A stretch of DNA of 64,000 bases from Bacteroidales bacterium. Lineage in GTDB: Bacteria; Bacteroidota; Bacteroidia; Bacteroidales; VadinHA17. The notes beneath the pieces were generated by a model that worked only from the letters and a program-made list of their open reading frames with translations, was not told where the DNA came from and searched no databases. Position numbers and translations under genes: made by a program. Location: contig JAVEVC010000001.1 in the NCBI GenBank assembly GCA_034005245.1, positions 64,852 through 128,851 on the forward strand, written 5' to 3'. The first letter of the stretch is position 1, and each line of letters starts with the position of its first letter. This document shows positions 48,905 to 57,720 of this stretch, piece by piece.

Positions 48905-49753
48905 TCAGAACCTCGATAAACGTTTAAGATCTGAGGGCAACAATCCCTTTGGATTGTTTCTATCAATCATATGCTGATTATAGTAATACATATCAGCATC
49001 ATCAGTTCCAATCAGCATTTTAAAGCAATACCCGGATGATGCATCACCTGCGGGGCTTACCATGTGAAGAATCAGCTTCCCGGGTGCTTTTTGCTTTATT
49101 GCATCAACTATTGAGTCTTCTGTGACTATCTCGATCGTTTTCCTGTAAACAGAGCTGATCTTGGCGGCTGAATTTATTGCCGGAGAAAGATCCTCCTGCT
49201 TAACCAGAACCACCTTATCGGCAACAAGAGGAACATTTTTGTTGTAATACTTTAAATACCGCCTGCCTGTTTGCGAGGGCTCCTCAGAAATCATGCGGGC
49301 ATGCTTCTGTATGAACGAGATTATGGCACCAAGCTTGTATCCATACTCCATATCATCTTCATCGGCAGATGAAAGAGGCATAGCGCATATCTCAGGCATT
49401 GCCCCAATATCCTTTACATCTTTTCCCTGAAGAAGATTGAGGAAATTAAAGGAAGTTTTTGATTTATCCCTGTCGAAATTCGTTTCAGTGAGTATAAGAA
49501 AAGACCAGGAAGGATCTTTTCTTTTTTCTTCAAAATCACCAGTACTAATAAATTCCCACGGCGTAATATTCCAGTATTCCTGAACTGCTTTCCTGATATA
49601 AGCATTATACGCAGAATAGGTATTACTCTCGAGTACAACTCCCGTTTTTGATTTCAGGAATAAGTCTATATCACCGGACGAGGGGAAAGGAGCCTGAGGG
49701 AAAATTTCACCAATCAGGCAAAGAAATATGAGTGCTGCAATACTCTTTTTCAT
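48905..49753 (-). CDS. secreted hypothetical protein
   Basis: 282 aa. N-terminal signal peptide (MKKSIAALIFLCLIGEIFPQA). I recognise no family motif. Starts 9 nt after the preceding gene. Confidence 0.55.
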   Translation of the reverse strand: MKKSIAALIFLCLIGEIFPQAPFPSSGDIDLFLKSKTGVVLESNTYSAYNAYIRKAVQEYWNITPWEFISTGDFEEKRKDPSWSFLILTETNFDRDKSKTSFNFLNLLQGKDVKDIGAMPEICAMPLSSADEDDMEYGYKLGAIISFIQKHARMISEEPSQTGRRYLKYYNKNVPLVADKVVLVKQEDLSPAINSAAKISSVYRKTIEIVTEDSIVDAIKQKAPGKLILHMVSPAGDASSGYCFKMLIGTDDADMYYYNQHMIDRNNPKGLLPSDLKRLSRF

Positions 49754-49762
49754 AATATATGT

Positions 49763-50524
49763 TTAGCCAGCAGGTAAGTATAACGGATTCTTTTCATTGA
49801 ACTTTCTTATATAGACAAATATAAGTTCTTTCCTTTTCTTCCTGGGGAGCCTCATGTACTCTTCATACAACTCACTGTCCTTCATAAGAAGCATTTCAGC
49901 ATTGTCAACATCGTACTCAAGGATCTTGCCGTTCTCAAAATCTATGAGATACTGCTTCATCTCATTCCTTGCAATATTATTCCTGTAAGGGGAATAATAT
50001 GAGCCGTATGGTGAATAGTAATTGCTGTAATATGGTGAGTAGTAATACGGATAATAAGATGGTGAATAATACGGTGAATAATAGGGATCATAGTAACCGT
50101 ATGGAGAATAATACCTGCTGTCATATGATGTGATATCTGCAACAAAATGACAGATGTTTCCCACGAAAGTTATCCTGTTGAAATTGCCCTGTATCTGTAT
50201 ATACAATATACCATTCCGTGCAAATCCCCATACAGAATTCTTTTCAATCTCCTGCCTGATGCCAAGGGCATCATAATAATATATTTTTTCTCCTGCGAAA
50301 AGGTTCTTGAAGAATTCCTTATCGTTGTAATCAGTGGATGTGAGGATCTTGGCTTTCGGGATAGGCTTGTTGGTGCGCACCTGATCAAAATTAAGATATA
50401 TGCCATCCGTAAACCTGAAATCCGGTGTATACTTGACCAGACCTTCAGGTTCCTGCCCTCCTGCTATTAGGGAGAAGCCGCCCGACATAATCATCAATAA
50501 AAATATCCCTGAATATCTTTTCAT
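49763..50524 (-). CDS. secreted hypothetical protein with internal tyrosine-rich YYSPY repeat region
   Basis: Signal peptide begins at the internal Met (MKRYSGIFLLMIMSGGFSLIAG). The -7 box at 50572-50579 predicts a transcript start near 50565, consistent with the ATG at 50524 as the start codon. Globular N- and C-terminal parts flank the Tyr/Ser/Pro repeat. Confidence 0.55.
   Translation of the reverse strand: MKRYSGIFLLMIMSGGFSLIAGGQEPEGLVKYTPDFRFTDGIYLNFDQVRTNKPIPKAKILTSTDYNDKEFFKNLFAGEKIYYYDALGIRQEIEKNSVWGFARNGILYIQIQGNFNRITFVGNICHFVADITSYDSRYYSPYGYYDPYYSPYYSPSYYPYYYSPYYSNYYSPYGSYYSPYRNNIARNEMKQYLIDFENGKILEYDVDNAEMLLMKDSELYEEYMRLPRKKRKELIFVYIRKFNEKNPLYLPAG
49985..50128 (-). repeat. imperfect short tandem repeats encoding the (Y-Y-S-P-Y)n low-complexity segment
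   Basis: Encodes SYDSRYYSPYGYYDPYYSPYYSPSYYPYYYSPYYSNYYSPYGSYYSPY, with 23 Tyr in 48 residues. Reiterated GGTGAATAATA / GGAGAATAATA-like units are visible on the plus strand. Confidence 0.7.
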
Positions 50525-50571
50525 GGTGATGTATGTTTTATTCTTCAAGTTCAAAAACTGTACCATAATGA

Positions 50572-50579
50572 CAAATTTA
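50572..50579 (-). promoter_or_regulatory. Bacteroidota-type -7 promoter box (TAAATTTG) for the 50524-48501 operon
   Basis: Minus strand reads TAAATTTG. It is adjacent to the inverted repeat AACCTTT-N7-AAAGGTT at 50579-50599, in the divergent intergenic region shared with the hybrid kinase gene. Confidence 0.35.
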
Positions 50580-50671
50580 ACCTTTTTCCTGTAAAGGTTG
50601 ATAATTCCCCGGAATGTATATTTTTCAGATGATTTTTATAAATTTACATATCTGCAGGAAATCTACTCCAA

Positions 50672-52027
50672 ATGACAAAAGAGCAAAACACAACAATTCC
50701 TTCCGGTTCATATTTCAGACAATCAGATAAACCGCCGGAAATAAGAAGAAAAGAGATAGGGAATTATGCTGTGGCGGCACTTATCTGCATGATAATGTCT
50801 GTGATAATGATATCACTAAATCTCAGGTTGATTGCCGGAATCCTGGTTATAATCTCAGCTGCTGTCCTCCTGCTCATCCTCAGAAAAACATTGCTTCTCA
50901 TCGACACTCTGGAAGAAGCCCTGATTGAGGCATCCGTATCCAATAAAGAAAAAGAAAATATAATAAACGACTTCTCACACAGGATAAGAGAACCCCTGAG
51001 TACCCTGTTAACTATCTCCGAAATGCTTACGGGTTCAGGACTGCAGAAGAAACAGAAAGAACTGATGGAAACCTTCCTTGCATCTACGGGAAACATGATC
51101 ACAACCGTCAATGAGCTTTCCATGGAAAGTGCCGGCAGTTTAAGTTATAATCCCAAAAGCAATATCCGGTTCAACATACTGACTTCGATCCAGAATGCTA
51201 TTGAGCTTTACAGGCTGAAAGATAAATCGAATCTTGATTTCATACTCAACAGGAAAGATTTCAGCGAATATGAATGCGAAGGGGATCCGGTAGTATTGAA
51301 GCAGATCATTCTTGATCTCTTCAATACAATTGAGGATCAGGGCGGAGACAATATCACGAGGGTTGCAATAAACCTGAAAAAGGAAAAAGAGGAAGGCCGT
51401 AAAAGGATCATTAACATCAGGATTCAGACCGACAGGAATATTGTGTTCATTAACGAGGAGCACACGGCTGGGTATCTTTCAGCAAAGCTGATAAGAAACT
51501 GCAATGGCTGGTACAACCAGGAATTTGGTGATAATTCTTCAGTGGTAAACATTTATCTGCCGTTTTCATATCCTGACTCAGGACAGAAGCAGGAATCAGT
51601 GATACAGGCATCAGGGGATGCCTTGAAAAAGGGGAAAGGTGCATCAAGGGACCTGAAGAACATAAACATACTTCTGGCCGAAGATAATCTTATAACCCAG
51701 AAGATAACACTTCTCACGCTGAAGCCTCTTGTGAAAAACATAGATATTGTATCGAACGGCAACGATGCACTTGAAAAGGTGCAGAGCACGGAATATGATC
51801 TTATTCTTATGGACATAAGCATGCCTGTTATGGATGGAATTACTACGGCTAAAAAGATACGGGAGCTTGAGAAAGATAGCGGTTCGCACATCCCGATAAT
51901 TGCCATTACAGCCAATGCCATGGTTGATGACCTTGAGAAATGTCTTGCTGCCGGAATAGATGATTATTTAAGCAAACCTTACTCCTCAGCTGTTCTTCTT
52001 GAAAAGATAAGCAAACTCATAAAGTGA
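50672..52027 (+). CDS. hybrid sensor histidine kinase / response regulator with degenerate ATP-binding domain
   Basis: 451 aa. Two N-terminal TM helices, H-box FSHRIREPLSTL, a shortened HATPase-like region, and a canonical C-terminal receiver (ILLAEDN ... LILMDISMPVMDG ... YLSKP). Confidence 0.7.
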   Translation: MTKEQNTTIPSGSYFRQSDKPPEIRRKEIGNYAVAALICMIMSVIMISLNLRLIAGILVIISAAVLLLILRKTLLLIDTLEEALIEASVSNKEKENIINDFSHRIREPLSTLLTISEMLTGSGLQKKQKELMETFLASTGNMITTVNELSMESAGSLSYNPKSNIRFNILTSIQNAIELYRLKDKSNLDFILNRKDFSEYECEGDPVVLKQIILDLFNTIEDQGGDNITRVAINLKKEKEEGRKRIINIRIQTDRNIVFINEEHTAGYLSAKLIRNCNGWYNQEFGDNSSVVNIYLPFSYPDSGQKQESVIQASGDALKKGKGASRDLKNINILLAEDNLITQKITLLTLKPLVKNIDIVSNGNDALEKVQSTEYDLILMDISMPVMDGITTAKKIRELEKDSGSHIPIIAITANAMVDDLEKCLAAGIDDYLSKPYSSAVLLEKISKLIK

Positions 52028-52039
52028 CTGCTTTCCTGA

Positions 52040-53947
52040 TTATTCGCATGTGACTTCCTCCTTTTCTCCACGGCATAATTTTCTGTTTTCTTTCGACGGA
52101 GAAGGTATGAATTCACCCAATCCCAAAGCCTCCCATTTCCTGTCAACATTCAAGGCCGTTTCCTTTGAAGAGCATACTACATTAGGCCATTTTCGCGGAA
52201 AAGGCCTGCCGCTCCGGCAGAGCTTTATTGTTCCATCAATCAGCATGCATTCTGAATCAATCATCCTGTGGTCCCTCATCGGATCGGAATTGCCTAGTAC
52301 CTGCCAGGCAACCCTGAAATAGTCATGCGGATCAACTTCTTTGTCAACAACAAGAACCAGCCTGAATATATCGGATATCCGATTCTTCTTTATGGTTCCT
52401 GAGATCCTGTCAATTGCAGCCTCACCTCCGGAAAGATCAGCAGAAAGGATAAGCACAGGAATATCTTCTTCCATCAGACGGCAATCGGAATCTATAATAA
52501 CATCTCCGACAAGGCAGTCGGAAGTATTTTCTTCTGCAAACTTAACGGAAAGTTTTATTGTTGTTGTCTCGCTGCGTCCTGCTCTCTCCTCAGGTAATTT
52601 AACAGTGGCATCTATTCCTGCCTTACCCCCGAATGCCTGGCTGTCTGAAGCATGGTCAAGGACGTCGAGAGGACCCCTGCTGAAGATAACATCCGTATCA
52701 AAGCCGGTATTCTCAAAGACAGTCCGGCATAATTCCATGTAATTTCTGATATTGATGTTCCCGCTGACAACCACAAGGTATTTCGTGAACATCATCTGCC
52801 CGGCTCCAAAAAGTGAGTTTATGACTTTCATTCCCTGGCCGGGAAATCTCTTGCTGATCTTAACAATAACAAGGTTATGTGCCACTCCCGGATCGGGCAT
52901 ATGAAAATCCTCTATTTCCGGCTGCAGGGCGATTCTTACCGGAGAAAGAAAGATCTTTTCAGTTGCTTGTGCCAGCCATGAATCCTCCTGTGGGGGAATG
53001 CCTACTATAGTAGCCGGATAAACGGCATTTCGTGAATGGGTAATGCAGGTTACATGGAATCTGGGATACCAGTCGGCCAGGGAATAGAATCCGGTATGAT
53101 CGCCAAATGGCCCTTCCCACACAGGCTGTTCAGATGGATCAATATAACCTTCAATGACTATATCAGCATCATAAGGCACATAGATATCACAGGTAATGCA
53201 TTTCACAAGCTTCACTTTTCTTTCTCTCAGGAAGCCAGCAAGAATATACTCACTGACATTTTCCGGGAGTGGTGCAGTGGCCGAGTATGCATAGACCGGA
53301 TCTCCTCCCAGCGAAACAGCTACAGGCATTTTCCTGTTCGCATTTTTCCACGCCTCGAAATGGACGGCTCCGGTTTTATGCCTCTGCCAGTGCATAGCTG
53401 TGGAATTTCTGTCGAGGATCTGCATCCTGTACATTCCCGCATTAACACTTCCTGTGTCGGGATGGCAGGTATGAACTACAGGCAGTGTTATATAGGGTCC
53501 TCCATCGTGAGGCCAGCATTTAAGAACAGGAAGGATACCAAGGTCAGGTTCGGTATGGATTACCTGCTGGCACACACCCCGTTGTTTTGTTTTCATGGGA
53601 AGATATCCAGCCAGCCTGGCCAGTGAAGGCAAAGCCGACAGGTTTTGCAGGATGCCGCGGGAGTTTAAGCCAGTGAAACTGAAAATGTTGCCAATTCTTC
53701 GGGCGTGTTCCTCCGGGTCTTTATTTCCGAGGGCAAGCTTCAATTTAAGAGGTGATCCATAGGCATTTATGAGTACCGGAAATAATGTACCGGTATTTTC
53801 AAAGAGCAATGCTTTACCCTCTTTTTTGGATATCCTGTCAGTCACTTCAGCTATTTCAAGCACCGGATCGACAAATGTTTTTACCCTGATGAGTTCTCCG
53901 TGTTTATCAAGCTCATGAATAAAGCCGGTCAGTCCTGAGTAAGTCAT
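52040..53947 (-). CDS. UbiD-family decarboxylase (long, menaquinone-biosynthesis type)
   Basis: 635 aa. UbiD core motifs are present (GPYITLP, MHWQxHK, GGDP, FGDHTGFY), plus a roughly 130-aa C-terminal extension. mqnB and mqnD in the same window give futalosine-pathway context. Confidence 0.8.
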   Translation of the reverse strand: MTYSGLTGFIHELDKHGELIRVKTFVDPVLEIAEVTDRISKKEGKALLFENTGTLFPVLINAYGSPLKLKLALGNKDPEEHARRIGNIFSFTGLNSRGILQNLSALPSLARLAGYLPMKTKQRGVCQQVIHTEPDLGILPVLKCWPHDGGPYITLPVVHTCHPDTGSVNAGMYRMQILDRNSTAMHWQRHKTGAVHFEAWKNANRKMPVAVSLGGDPVYAYSATAPLPENVSEYILAGFLRERKVKLVKCITCDIYVPYDADIVIEGYIDPSEQPVWEGPFGDHTGFYSLADWYPRFHVTCITHSRNAVYPATIVGIPPQEDSWLAQATEKIFLSPVRIALQPEIEDFHMPDPGVAHNLVIVKISKRFPGQGMKVINSLFGAGQMMFTKYLVVVSGNINIRNYMELCRTVFENTGFDTDVIFSRGPLDVLDHASDSQAFGGKAGIDATVKLPEERAGRSETTTIKLSVKFAEENTSDCLVGDVIIDSDCRLMEEDIPVLILSADLSGGEAAIDRISGTIKKNRISDIFRLVLVVDKEVDPHDYFRVAWQVLGNSDPMRDHRMIDSECMLIDGTIKLCRSGRPFPRKWPNVVCSSKETALNVDRKWEALGLGEFIPSPSKENRKLCRGEKEEVTCE

Positions 53948-54047
53948 GGATAATAAAGTGATAAGGCTTAAAGATATTTAAATAGCGGGAAAAATATGCG
54001 AAAAATGGTCAGAACAGCTCTCAGGCAGGAGGAAATGATTGAATATA

Positions 54048-54092
54048 TATATAAAACAATAATGGGAACTATTCCTTGGAGTAGTTCCCATT
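54048..54092 (-). terminator. intrinsic terminator of the candidate RNA gene
   Basis: On the minus strand, AAUGGGAACUA-CUCCAAGGAA-UAGUUCCCAUU (11-bp stem) is followed by AUUGUUUUAU. Confidence 0.65.
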
Positions 54093-54545
54093 CACAACAG
54101 GTAACCGAAGTTTCCTGCAGCGTCAGGTTACTGTTATTATGGTCGGCTGCATTTCCTGACCGAGATCCGGTTATGCAACCCCTGACTTTCGGGTAATGCT
54201 TGTTACGGCAAAACCTTTTGGTTGTCCTTTTGTCCGTTTTGAGGCGGACTTCCGGGACGAAGCGTCATTCAGGCCCCTTCTGTAGTTTCCCGAAGGATAC
54301 AGCATCCGGTTTAAGTTGACAGCAGCCGAAGCTGTTTTCTTCTTAAGCCCTGTGACTCAATCTCTGAAAGAACGTTTCCGGTTTCATCGATCTGCCGGAC
54401 ATTCTGAACCGAAGTTCAGTAGTTCGGACTTCGGCTCTCCCGATGTGCAGACCCGGAGGTCTGAATGAACTGGATCTTGCTTCAGTTAAGAAACCTTTTC
54501 CGGTTCCGCATCGTTTGAGCAACCTTTTATCGCTCACCTGATAGA
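54093..54545 (-). ncRNA. unclassified, highly structured RNA candidate of roughly 450 nt
   Basis: G+C-rich island in an AT-rich 824-bp non-coding gap. On the minus strand it forms a chain of hairpins, four capped by cUUCGg tetraloops, plus a long-range helix. It is bounded by a TAnnTTTG box and an intrinsic terminator. The only ORF is an implausible 68-aa Arg/Ser/Gly-rich frame. Confidence 0.55.
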
Positions 54546-54546
54546 T

Positions 54547-54554
54547 CAAATATA
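54547..54554 (-). promoter_or_regulatory. Bacteroidota-type -7 promoter box (TATATTTG) for the candidate RNA
   Basis: Minus strand reads TATATTTG immediately upstream of the structured region. A TTTG lies 12 nt further upstream, which is shorter than the canonical -33/-7 spacing. Confidence 0.4.
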
Positions 54555-54615
54555 ATATAAGAAATACAAAAAAACATCATTATGTATTTCATACTTGTAC
54601 ACGCAATATGAACAT

Positions 54616-54641
54616 GAGTTATTAACAATTGTTAATAACTC
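54616..54641. repeat. perfect 26-bp palindrome GAGTTATTAACAATTGTTAATAACTC
   Basis: Verified base by base as its own reverse complement. It lies between the eno terminator and the candidate RNA promoter. Confidence 0.9.
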
Positions 54642-54710
54642 CGGAGAGCAAAGTCCAATGAGAATTTCAGACGATAGCTCAATGACGGGAAAAGAGTTTC
54701 CAGGGTACTT

Positions 54711-54738
54711 CAAAAAGAAAAATCCGGAATAACCGGAT
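54711..54738 (-). terminator. intrinsic terminator after eno
   Basis: On the minus strand, AUCCGG-UUAUU-CCGGAU is followed by UUUUCUUUUUG, about 34 nt after the eno stop. Confidence 0.55.
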
Positions 54739-54771
54739 CTTTCTTTTTACGTTAAATTTCCAATAACAGAT

Positions 54772-56055
<1,284 letters not shown>

Positions 56056-56086
56056 TTATTTTTTATTAAACAATCGTGTAATATAC

Positions 56087-56122
56087 AAAAAAAAGGGATA
56101 TGTCATTAGTGTGATATCCCTT
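56087..56122 (-). terminator. intrinsic terminator after rplQ
   Basis: On the minus strand, AAGGGAUAU-loop-AUAUCCCUU is followed by a run of U (plus-strand A-run at 56087-56094). Confidence 0.6.
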
Positions 56123-56140
56123 AAGAAGTAAGTTTATTCT

Positions 56141-56686
56141 CTATTCTTTCTCTTCCTTTCCTGCATCCTGATTCCCGGATGCTTCTTTTTTTCTGGCTGC
56201 AGGCTTGGCAGCTTTTGTTCCGGGGCTTTTCTTTTCGGCTTTTGCTCCTGCTTCCCCTCCTGACTTTTTGGAAGTCCTTCTCCTTCTTGTTGTTTTTGCT
56301 TTGGTTGTTTCCTTTCCAAGCATGATTTCATTATAATCAACCAGCTCAAGAATGCACATTTCAGCATTGTCTCCAATCCTGTTCCCGGTTTTCAGTATTC
56401 TGGTGTATCCCCCCGGCCTTTCGCCTATCTTAGGTGATATCTCCCTGAAAAGTTCTGCAACTGCAGTTTTATCGGCAAGATAACTGAAGACAACTCTCCT
56501 GGAGTGTGTAGAGTCTTCCTTTGATTTGGTGATCAGAGGTTCCACGTAACTCTTCAGGGCTTTTGCCTTTGCCACTGTTGTGCTTATTCTTTTATGAAGG
56601 ATCAGTGATGAAGCCATATTGGCAAACATTGCCTTCCTGTGTGAACTTGTCCTACCTAAATGGTTAATAACTCTCTGATGTCGCAT
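56141..56686 (-). CDS. rplQ: 50S ribosomal protein L17 with Lys/Ala/Glu-rich C-terminal extension
   Basis: 181 aa. Starts [20 protein letters not shown] and has an L17 core. The last roughly 55 residues are low-complexity and basic. Confidence 0.9.
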   Translation of the reverse strand: MRHQRVINHLGRTSSHRKAMFANMASSLILHKRISTTVAKAKALKSYVEPLITKSKEDSTHSRRVVFSYLADKTAVAELFREISPKIGERPGGYTRILKTGNRIGDNAEMCILELVDYNEIMLGKETTKAKTTRRRRTSKKSGGEAGAKAEKKSPGTKAAKPAARKKEASGNQDAGKEEKE

Positions 56687-56709
56687 TTCTCTTTTTCCTT
56701 AACCAGTAA

Positions 56710-57702
56710 TTAATCTTTGTCCAATTTGTATTTACTCACATCCATGCCAAACGAGAGATTCATTGAATCGAGCAGTTCATCGAGCTCAGTAAGTGATTTC
56801 TTCCCGAAATTCCTGAACTTGAGTAGGTCATTCTTATTGAATCTGACGAGATCACCAAGTGACTCAACCTCAGCTGCCTTAAGACAGTTGAGAGCTCTCA
56901 CTGAAAGGTCAAGATCAACCAGCTTTGTCTTAAGAAGCTGTCTCATATGGAGCACTTCTTCATCAAATTCCTCATTTGCCATTTTTTCATCGGAGTCGAG
57001 GGTGATCTTCTCGTCTGAAAAGAGCATAAAATGATATATCAGAATTTTTGCTGCTTCCTTCAGGGCGTCCTTGGGATGTATTGAGGCATCTGTTTCTATT
57101 TCAATCAAAAGTTTCTCATAGTCTGTTTTTTGCTCAACACGGTAGTTTTCCACCGAGTACTTAACATTTCTTACGGGTGTAAAGATAGAATCAATGGCAA
57201 CAACACCAAATTCAGTGTCCTCAGGCTCATTTTCTTCAGCCGGCACATAACCCCTTCCCTTGCTTATTGTAAGATCCATCTGGATTTTAACATCGCTTTC
57301 CATCCTGAAAATCACAAGGTCTGGGTTAAGCACTTCAAAATTAGTCAGGACATTTTTGAGCATTCCTGCCTTAAATATTTCCTGTCCGCTGATCTTGATA
57401 GTAGCATTTTCATGGTCGGCGTCTTCAATTATTTTTTTAAAGCGCACCTGCTTAAGATTCAGGATTATCTCGGTAACATCTTCAATAACTCCCGTGATGG
57501 TTGAAAACTCATGATCAACTCCTTCAATCTTAACCGTAGTAATAGCAAAGCCTTCAAGTGATGAAAGCAGTATTCTTCTCAGGGCATTGCCGACTGTAAT
57601 GCCATAGCCAGGCTCAAGAGGACGGAATTCAAATTTTCCGTACCTGTCGGTAGCTTCAAGCATTATTACTTTATCAGGCTTCTGGAATGATAAAATGGCC
57701 AT
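56710..57702 (-). CDS. rpoA: DNA-directed RNA polymerase subunit alpha
   Basis: 330 aa. N-terminal dimerisation domain ([17 protein letters not shown]) and alpha-CTD ([12 protein letters not shown]). Confidence 0.95.
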   Translation of the reverse strand: MAILSFQKPDKVIMLEATDRYGKFEFRPLEPGYGITVGNALRRILLSSLEGFAITTVKIEGVDHEFSTITGVIEDVTEIILNLKQVRFKKIIEDADHENATIKISGQEIFKAGMLKNVLTNFEVLNPDLVIFRMESDVKIQMDLTISKGRGYVPAEENEPEDTEFGVVAIDSIFTPVRNVKYSVENYRVEQKTDYEKLLIEIETDASIHPKDALKEAAKILIYHFMLFSDEKITLDSDEKMANEEFDEEVLHMRQLLKTKLVDLDLSVRALNCLKAAEVESLGDLVRFNKNDLLKFRNFGKKSLTELDELLDSMNLSFGMDVSKYKLDKD

Positions 57703-57720
57703 ATAATTTATCTTATTTTG

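Noticed and set aside
49957-50145. 62-aa His/Ile/Thr-rich ORF overlapping the Tyr-repeat region in another frame
   Set aside because: It is a by-product of the tandem TAT/TAC-rich repeats. The Tyr-rich frame is continuous with signal-peptide and globular flanks.
53036-53626. 196-aa plus-strand ORF antisense to the UbiD-family gene
   Set aside because: It is a shadow ORF. The minus-strand frame carries the UbiD motifs.
54093-54545. Identity of the structured RNA as RNase P RNA, tmRNA, 6S or SRP RNA
   Set aside because: It contains GAAGUCCG twice and one ACAGGGCUUA-like string reminiscent of RNase P CR-I/CR-V. However, these are only about 85 nt apart, the specificity-domain blocks (GGUAAGGGUGAAA) are absent, and P4 pairing is poor. 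For tmRNA there is no GGGG..UUCGAC 5' end, no Ala-tag ORF and no T-arm/CCA. It is too long for 6S or 4.5S. This rejection rests on eye comparison only, and cmscan is needed.
54343-54549. 68-aa minus-strand ORF (MIYQVSDKRLLKRCGTGKGF...) inside the large non-coding gap
   Set aside because: The Arg/Ser/Gly-rich composition is typical of a chance frame through G+C-rich structured RNA. The ORF would begin at or upstream of the predicted transcript start, and the same bases form tetraloop-capped hairpins. I treat it as part of the candidate ncRNA, not a gene.
56134-56376. 80-aa alternative-frame ORF within the rplQ tail region
   Set aside because: It is generated by the repetitive Lys/Glu-coding DNA of the L17 C-terminal extension. 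It is on the same strand but out of frame.
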